Below, piece after piece: positions 46,401 to 52,197 of a stretch of DNA of 52,197 nucleotides. The notes beneath the pieces were generated by a model. The model ran no database searches. It worked only from the letters and a program-made list of their open reading frames with translations, and was not told the DNA's origin. Source of the stretch: a virus (taxonomy: Duplodnaviria > Caudoviricetes); the IMG/VR virus record IMGVR_UViG_3300027779_000040, positions 1 to 52,197 of that record; one strand, written 5' to 3'. How positions within the stretch are numbered: the stretch's first letter is position 1; each line of letters begins with the position of its first letter. Both the position numbers and the translations under genes were made by a program.

Positions 46401-47330
46401 ATGGCAACACATTACTATAGATACACTTATTCGAACCTTGCTGGGGATGAAACTGGACCATCTAAGCAATCAAGTATGAGTGATAGTGGGACAGGAGTTG
46501 ATATAAATATTGATAATGTTCCCAGAAACGAGTTGCTAAATATAGCCAAAAGAAGTGTATATAGAAGTAGTGTTACAACAGATAGTTCTACTCCTGCTAC
46601 ATCTACATATAAAAAGGTGGTTGATGTCACTGGAAACGAGTATAAAAATATTACTGACCCAATAGATAGTATCACTAGTAATGCGGCGATGCCAACAGCA
46701 ACAAATTACATAGGAGTTTCATCAGCTCTATTAAGTATAGTCTCACCGGGAACTATAAATGATAGCTCCGCAACAATTTCAGAATGTCCCACTAGTTATT
46801 ATAGGGCTGTTATTTTATTTGCTTCTATTAGACTTATACAGAATAAATTAACTTCATATTGGGTAGATACTGATGTGGACAATGCAATAGGCGCTATTAA
46901 GACTTCTATCGCTAGAGTTCAGAGTGAAATATTTGATACTACAAAAAATTATGATACAACTAATAAGTATTTTAAGGAAGTAAGTGATGCTCTAGATAAG
47001 GCTAAAGCACTTGTTGATGAGACATCTATGGGTGGAGATACTGAACCAGAGTCTGCTCAGTTTCATTTAAAGGAAGAAGACCCTGAATTAGTTCAATCTA
47101 CTTTATCGGTTGCATCCCAAGAACTAAATAGAGCCAATACATGGCTTGCTCAATATTCTTCTATGGGTAGTCAGTTTCTAGCTGAAGCACAGGCTCATAT
47201 ACAGGAAGTTCAGTCAAGAATGGGTAAGAGTGCTCAAGAATATCAATGGTTACAGACTCAATTAGGAATGTGTAAACAAGAATATATGGACTTTTTTGGA
47301 ACAGGAGTGGCACCGACTAATGAAACTTAG
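46401..47330 (+). CDS. Virion protein: Ig-like domain plus adaptor-like helical C-terminus
   Basis: YYRYTY...GDETGPS...R.VYRS...YKKV; then P..YYRAVILFAS and coiled coil. Confidence 0.55.
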   Translation: MATHYYRYTYSNLAGDETGPSKQSSMSDSGTGVDINIDNVPRNELLNIAKRSVYRSSVTTDSSTPATSTYKKVVDVTGNEYKNITDPIDSITSNAAMPTATNYIGVSSALLSIVSPGTINDSSATISECPTSYYRAVILFASIRLIQNKLTSYWVDTDVDNAIGAIKTSIARVQSEIFDTTKNYDTTNKYFKEVSDALDKAKALVDETSMGGDTEPESAQFHLKEEDPELVQSTLSVASQELNRANTWLAQYSSMGSQFLAEAQAHIQEVQSRMGKSAQEYQWLQTQLGMCKQEYMDFFGTGVAPTNET

Positions 47331-47583
47331 AGATATGGTAGAAATAATTCAGCAACATCATCCTAGTCTTGGAGTTGTTGAGTGTATGCACCTTTTAAAT
47401 AGAGCTCAAGATGAGTTTTCATCAAGGACAAACTTACTTGATTCAGCTGATAAATTTGATATTGTAGCAGGTCAGCGTGGTTATAAGCTATCAGACCATA
47501 TTCTTGAAATAAAGAGTGTGGACTATAATGGTGAGGACATACCACATCTAACTGGCAGACCACCAACTAGGGACTTAACGTGA
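47320..47583 (+). CDS. Head-tail adaptor-like protein, N-terminal part
   Basis: Start reassigned to 47320; M.LRDMVE.I...LNRAQDEF..RT...GQRGY.L...ILEI.SV. Confidence 0.6.
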   Translation: MKLRDMVEIIQQHHPSLGVVECMHLLNRAQDEFSSRTNLLDSADKFDIVAGQRGYKLSDHILEIKSVDYNGEDIPHLTGRPPTRDLT

Positions 47584-47584
47584 T

Positions 47585-47905
47585 ATGGCAAAGCGTAAAC
47601 TTGCTGAAATTTTGTGGAGTGCTATGCACAAGACACGGCAATTTGACCATCCTGCTATCAAGCAAGCAAAGGCTTTAATAAAGGATGCTGACACTCCTAA
47701 GAAAACGAAAATGGCAACATCGTATTATTATAAGATGCTCCATAGGTACGATAGAACTATATATGATGAATTAATGAGAAATAATCCAAAAAAACTAAAA
47801 CACTATAGTAAGAAATTCGGTGGGAAGAGAACAGGTTCTTTAGACCGAAGGGGCTACGATAGGAAAAATACTGGCAGACGACCAGAGGATAAAGGATGGG
47901 ACTAG
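47585..47905 (+). CDS. Basic hypothetical protein
   Basis: K/R-rich; tightly packed. Confidence 0.6.
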   Translation: MAKRKLAEILWSAMHKTRQFDHPAIKQAKALIKDADTPKKTKMATSYYYKMLHRYDRTIYDELMRNNPKKLKHYSKKFGGKRTGSLDRRGYDRKNTGRRPEDKGWD

Positions 47906-47906
47906 T

Positions 47907-48173
47907 ATGACATTTGAATTTGCAAAGAAAGTGTTAAAAATGAGTGTAGCAGGATTAAAATCTGTAGCGGCACAACGAAGAATATCAGTACCGGGTCTTT
48001 TACAAGATGCAAATAAAGCTGTAAAAAAAGGTTTACAGAAGTCAAAAGTTTCCCAAGGTACATTTGGAAAGCAAGAATATGGTAAAGCGGCTAGGAGACC
48101 ACAGAGTCTGTCTGGGGCAGAAAGAATGGAAATGACTCGGGCTAAAGCCGCCATTAGAAAGAGAAAGAAATAA
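47907..48173 (+). CDS. Basic hypothetical protein
   Basis: K/R/A-rich; TAATG-coupled to the next gene. Confidence 0.6.
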   Translation: MTFEFAKKVLKMSVAGLKSVAAQRRISVPGLLQDANKAVKKGLQKSKVSQGTFGKQEYGKAARRPQSLSGAERMEMTRAKAAIRKRKK

Positions 48174-48640
48174 TGGGAATGGCTTCAACATATGTATGGT
48201 GGACGGAACGTAGTGCTGTATGGATAGCTTACTATGATGTATCTAAAAGCATAACTACTGCATTCTCTTCTCCTGATGATGCTACAAAAGATGTACATAT
48301 ATTCTTTTACAAAAAAGCGGACCCATTTAAGAAAGAAGGTGATTCCGTTCCAGACAGGTCTGTAATAAGTAACACTTATCTTGGGGTTACCACGACTGGA
48401 AGTGCTGGAAGTTATAAGAATGGGGCTAATTTTATTAGTCAAGAATCGGAGATACCAGAGCAGTTTCATCAAATACTTGTTGAAAAAGCTATTCAACTTG
48501 GTTATGAAAAATCTCCAGAAGGGCTACAATTCGCACAGTATTTTGCACAAAAATTTGAACAAGGTGTTAAGCGTGGAAAACAATTTGCTACTCGTGGCAG
48601 AACACATAAACCGGCATTTATTGTGCCAGCGGACTTTTAA
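48173..48640 (+). CDS. Head-tail adaptor-like protein, C-terminal part
   Basis: HIFFYKKA...SEIPEQFHQILV..AI..GYE...AQYF..KF. Confidence 0.6.
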   Translation: MGMASTYVWWTERSAVWIAYYDVSKSITTAFSSPDDATKDVHIFFYKKADPFKKEGDSVPDRSVISNTYLGVTTTGSAGSYKNGANFISQESEIPEQFHQILVEKAIQLGYEKSPEGLQFAQYFAQKFEQGVKRGKQFATRGRTHKPAFIVPADF

Positions 48641-48861
48641 TGGAAGGTTATACAGGATTAAATTTTGGTTCATATAATTTATCAGAAATGACTAATTTGT
48701 ATTTTCCCAGTGTTGACCAGTCCTACTTTCATTCACTTGATGCAGATGATATATGGGAAGCTATACAACCAGTAGATGCGATATACACACCAGTGGATGC
48801 TGTAGATACAGTATATACATCTGTTGATGCTGTTCAAACAACTTATACACACATATTCTAG
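48640..48861 (+). CDS. Small virion protein with 10-aa repeats
   Basis: AIQPVDAIYT/PVDAVDTVYT/SVDAVQTTYT. Confidence 0.6.
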   Translation: MEGYTGLNFGSYNLSEMTNLYFPSVDQSYFHSLDADDIWEAIQPVDAIYTPVDAVDTVYTSVDAVQTTYTHIF

Positions 48862-48869
48862 GAGATACA

Positions 48870-49229
48870 ATGTCAACATTAACAGATAACGTAATATCAG
48901 AAGTATATACAAGCTTGATATTTCGTAAAACAGATAATAAATTATACTACGATAATGGTGCTTCTGATATAGAAGTACTTGATTTGACAGGGCTTAGTGG
49001 AACTGATTCAGATGCTGACGGAAGGTTTGAATTTGATTCAGCGGATACAGATGGTATTACTGCCCTTGCTAGTGGTAACTTAGCTGAGTTCAAGAATAAT
49101 AGTGTGGAAAAGTTTTCTATAGACCACAGCGGGGTATTAAAATTGAATAATCAGTCTGGAACTCCAACACCAGTTAGAGGTGGAATTTACTTCAAGGATG
49201 ATTTCTTCTATCTAGGAAGCGGTGAATAA
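48870..49229 (+). CDS. Tail-associated protein
   Basis: MSTLT...IS.VY.SLI...G.LKL......PTPV.GGIYF.....YLG; AGGAG RBS. Confidence 0.6.
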   Translation: MSTLTDNVISEVYTSLIFRKTDNKLYYDNGASDIEVLDLTGLSGTDSDADGRFEFDSADTDGITALASGNLAEFKNNSVEKFSIDHSGVLKLNNQSGTPTPVRGGIYFKDDFFYLGSGE

Positions 49230-49417
49230 TGGGAATTATAAATAAAATTTCTCAATCTCAAAATGAATGGGGTTTAGATGTAAAAGAAATAGGGTTTCTA
49301 TTGCGATTGATTGATTCGAGTAATCACTCAGGCAAAGTCTTGGAGTTAGCCCTTCAGTCAAAATTAAAACTCCAAGCAAAATTAGAGAAACTAATAAATA
49401 ATAGGGAGGTCATCTAA
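49229..49417 (+). CDS. Small fibre-associated protein
   Basis: L...EI.FLL.LI......GK.......KLQ; TAATG-coupled on both sides. Confidence 0.6.
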   Translation: MGIINKISQSQNEWGLDVKEIGFLLRLIDSSNHSGKVLELALQSKLKLQAKLEKLINNREVI

Positions 49418-50910
49418 TGGCTACAACATGGAAAAAAGTGGTAACAGCTGGAGACGCTTTTGATTTAGGCACTCCAACTGCTTTAGTATTAACAAATGCG
49501 ACAGCATTGCCAGCGGCTCAAGTAGCCAACGGAACAATGGCGAGTGGGATGACTTTAGTTGCACCTGTCTTAGGAACACCAGCGAGTGGAAACTTAGCTA
49601 ACTGTACGTTTCCTACGGCTAACGTCAATACTGATGTTTCTGTTGCGGATAACGCAGTTACATTAGCAAAAATGGCTGGTGGAACAGACGGTAATATAAT
49701 CAGTTATGATGCTTCTGGTAACCCGGTAGCTGTAGCAACTGGAAGTGCTGGTCAAGTTTTAACAAGTGCTGGTGCTGGTGCACCACCTACTTTTTCAGCC
49801 GCCGCCGCCGGAGACATTACAGCAGTTGTTGCAGGTACAGGACTTAGTGGTGGTGCCACAAGTGGTAGCGCAACACTGAATGTAGATGCTTCTCAAGCTC
49901 AAATAACAGAAGTTGGAACTATTACTGCTGGTATTTGGAGAGGGACAGTTATAGATTCAGTTAATTTAGATGATGATACTGCTCATTTAGGTGTAACTCA
50001 AACATTTACAGGCGCTAAGACATTTGATGCTCTTTCTAGCTTTACGATGGACGGTAATACTATTACAGGAGTCGATGATTCAGGTGAGCATACTAATGAT
50101 GATGCTCATATTATGACTTCTGCGGCTGTAGAAGATAAGATTACTGGTTATGGTTATACTACTGCTACAGGAGATATAACTGGAGTAACAGCAGGAACAG
50201 GTCTTTCTGGTGGAGGTGCTTCAGGTAGTGTCACACTTAACGTAGATGCGGCTCAAAATTCAATAACAAGTGCTACAAGTTTAGCATCAGTTGGTACGAT
50301 TGGAACTGGTGTTTGGAGTGGTACTCCATTAGTTGCGGCTAAGGTACCTTCAATTACAGCACTGACAGGATATACAGCGGCGGCTTATGCAAACGCTAGT
50401 TCAGTTGGAGCTTCATCTATTGTAACCACAGGAACCATTGCAAGTGGTGAATGGCGTGGTACAAGGGTAGACGCTACTTACTTAGATACCTCTGTTGCTT
50501 ACTTATCTGGAACTCAAACATTCACAGGTACAAAAACATTTAGTGCTGTTGTGATTAATGGGGACTTAACGGTTTCTGGTTCCACAACTACAGTGCTTGC
50601 TGAAGAACTCAAGGTTGAAGACAATACAATAGTTCTTAATAGCAACTGGGATTCTGGTACTGCACCGACTCAAGATGCTGGTATAACCATTGAGAGAGGA
50701 AGTTCAGATGATGAATCATTCTTCTGGGATGAGAGTGCTAACCAATGGGCTATTGGACATACTGAATCTAGTAACGTATTTACTGCGACAGGTCAAGTGA
50801 GTATTGCCACACAGCAAACATATAATGCTAATTCAACTAACACACACGGTGCTTTTGCTATTGGTAGTTTTCAAATTGACGGAAATAACGTTTATATAAG
50901 GACAGAATAA
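49417..50910 (+). CDS. Tail fibre protein
   Basis: T/A/G/S-rich; GDIT.V.AGTGLSGG repeats, QTFTG.KTF, GDLTVSG.TTT...VEDN.I.LN...DAGI.IERG...WDES...W. Confidence 0.85.
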   Translation: MATTWKKVVTAGDAFDLGTPTALVLTNATALPAAQVANGTMASGMTLVAPVLGTPASGNLANCTFPTANVNTDVSVADNAVTLAKMAGGTDGNIISYDASGNPVAVATGSAGQVLTSAGAGAPPTFSAAAAGDITAVVAGTGLSGGATSGSATLNVDASQAQITEVGTITAGIWRGTVIDSVNLDDDTAHLGVTQTFTGAKTFDALSSFTMDGNTITGVDDSGEHTNDDAHIMTSAAVEDKITGYGYTTATGDITGVTAGTGLSGGGASGSVTLNVDAAQNSITSATSLASVGTIGTGVWSGTPLVAAKVPSITALTGYTAAAYANASSVGASSIVTTGTIASGEWRGTRVDATYLDTSVAYLSGTQTFTGTKTFSAVVINGDLTVSGSTTTVLAEELKVEDNTIVLNSNWDSGTAPTQDAGITIERGSSDDESFFWDESANQWAIGHTESSNVFTATGQVSIATQQTYNANSTNTHGAFAIGSFQIDGNNVYIRTE

Positions 50911-50948
50911 TAAAATAGTACATTTTCAAATAATACCTAGGAGATAGA

Positions 50949-51107
50949 ATGAGACTAACTATTGAAACTAATGAGTTAATGCTGATGATATCGGCGTTAG
51001 AATCAATTCAAATAATGGGGAAAGACAGTATTCAGGTTGCGGAGACTCTTATAAAACTGTATAAAGCGAGAGATAAGGACAGCCCTTCTGTGGAGATACC
51101 TAAATAA
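50949..51107 (+). CDS. Small fibre-associated protein (52 aa, not in ORF track)
   Basis: MRLTIETNELMLMISALESIQIMGKDSIQVAETLIKLYKARDKDSPSVEIPK; AGGAG RBS; TAATG overlap. Confidence 0.7.
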   Translation: MRLTIETNELMLMISALESIQIMGKDSIQVAETLIKLYKARDKDSPSVEIPK

Positions 51108-52197
51108 TGGCTACAAACTGGGAACGAGTTATTACAGAGGCTAATGACGCAGACTATAAAAACGATAGTATAGAAGCTGGTGATATACCGACACTTAATC
51201 AAAACACTACAGGAAGTTCTGCTACTTGTTCTGGGTTAGCAGGAAGTGCCACAGTTTTAGCAAGTGCGAGAACTATAGCAGGAGTGTCTTTTAATGGTTC
51301 AGCGAATATATCATTAAACAATAATGCTATTACAAATGGTGCTGGATACACAACAAACACAGGAGACATTACTGGAGTAACTGCTGGAACGGGTATGTCA
51401 GGAGGGGGTAGTTCAGGAGCAGTAACTCTGAATTGTTCTATCACAAATAACAATCAGCTAACAAATGGTGCAGGATATACTACTAATACAGGAGATATCA
51501 CAGGTGTAACGGCAGGTAGTGGAATGTCTGGTGGTGGGACAAGTGGTTCAGTCACACTAACTAACGCATCTCCAAATATTGTTTATCCAGCAGAAACAAA
51601 ATCAACTATAAATGCTCTTGATATTACTGAACTTGGAATTGTAACTAGTGGTCAATGGAGAGGAACTACAGTAGATGCTTCCTATGGTGGTACTGGCTTA
51701 ACTAGTACATCAACATTATTAAACTCTAATGTAACAACAGTATCGGGTAATGCAGGTACTGTTACTAATGGTGTTTATACTACAGGAACACAGGATATTG
51801 ATGGAGATAAGACATTTTTGGCGAAAATCTATGCCGATGATGGTATTGCGATAGGTGGGACAGGAGCCGCCAATACTCTTGAAGATTACGAGACAGGCTC
51901 TTGGACTCCTGTATTAACTAGCGGTTGGAGTCACTCTTATGATAGTACTACTAATAGGTATGTAAAGGTAGGTAGCTTTGTTCATTTATGGGGACGTATT
52001 GATGGTTTTTCTGGTTCTTCGTCAACAGCAGATTTACAAATAACAGGTCTCCCCTTTACAGTTAAGCATAGTGCAGTTGGTGGTGATTGTATGTTAAAAT
52101 GGATTTCTTGGAATAGCAAAGCTGGAAATGTCTCTCCGTATGTAAATACATCTGAAATCTTATATTTCTTTGAAACAGCTTCTGCATATGAATGGTC
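51107..52197 (+). CDS. Tail fibre protein (389 aa when joined across the junction to 200-278)
   Basis: Open from ATG 51107 to the window end; ARTIAGVSFNGSANI, two NGAGYTTNTGDITGVTAG repeats, ANTLEDYETGSWTP...YVKVG..V...GLPF. Confidence 0.88.
   Translation, partial: MATNWERVITEANDADYKNDSIEAGDIPTLNQNTTGSSATCSGLAGSATVLASARTIAGVSFNGSANISLNNNAITNGAGYTTNTGDITGVTAGTGMSGGGSSGAVTLNCSITNNNQLTNGAGYTTNTGDITGVTAGSGMSGGGTSGSVTLTNASPNIVYPAETKSTINALDITELGIVTSGQWRGTTVDASYGGTGLTSTSTLLNSNVTTVSGNAGTVTNGVYTTGTQDIDGDKTFLAKIYADDGIAIGGTGAANTLEDYETGSWTPVLTSGWSHSYDSTTNRYVKVGSFVHLWGRIDGFSGSSSTADLQITGLPFTVKHSAVGGDCMLKWISWNSKAGNVSPYVNTSEILYFFETASAYEW
51999..52197. repeat. Terminal direct repeat, right copy
   Basis: Matches 1-199 with four substitutions. 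Confidence 0.97.

Noticed and set aside
1-52197. Assignment to Crassvirales
   Set aside because: Genome about half the typical size, strong Shine-Dalgarno use, no DNA polymerase and a different RNAP motif; phylogeny is needed for any taxonomic call

Overview
The window is an apparently complete, circularly permuted tailed dsDNA phage genome of about 51,998 bp: positions 1-199 recur at 51999-52197 with 4 mismatches. It has a podovirus-like structural gene set and no recognisable integrase, tRNA, CRISPR array or family A/B DNA polymerase. The rightward arm (about 36.6 kb through the junction to 22,956) encodes endolysin, terminase, portal, scaffold, major capsid, adaptors, tail fibres, holin-like proteins, a metallophosphoesterase, a Hint-domain tail protein, a 1560-aa nozzle-like protein, ejection proteins and a 3092-aa two-barrel (DLDGD) virion RNA polymerase. 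The leftward arm (36,223 to 23,351) encodes early and replication genes (AAA ATPase, SSB-like protein, AEP primase-helicase, Gp157-like, HNH). The most striking feature is a four-gene ubiquitin-like conjugation cassette in the leftward arm (Ubl, E2-like, JAB/JAMM peptidase, E1/ThiF; 30340-33886), translationally coupled to the replication module. Other highlights are a ~330-nt structured ncRNA candidate with interleaved helices (34333-34659), long G-U-rich hairpins punctuating the leftward operon, an N-terminal module shared by the RNA polymerase and the preceding ejection protein, an AEP-like protein behind the polymerase, and apparent avoidance of GATC, GCWGC and CCWGG. All assignments come from motif recognition by eye; no searches were run.
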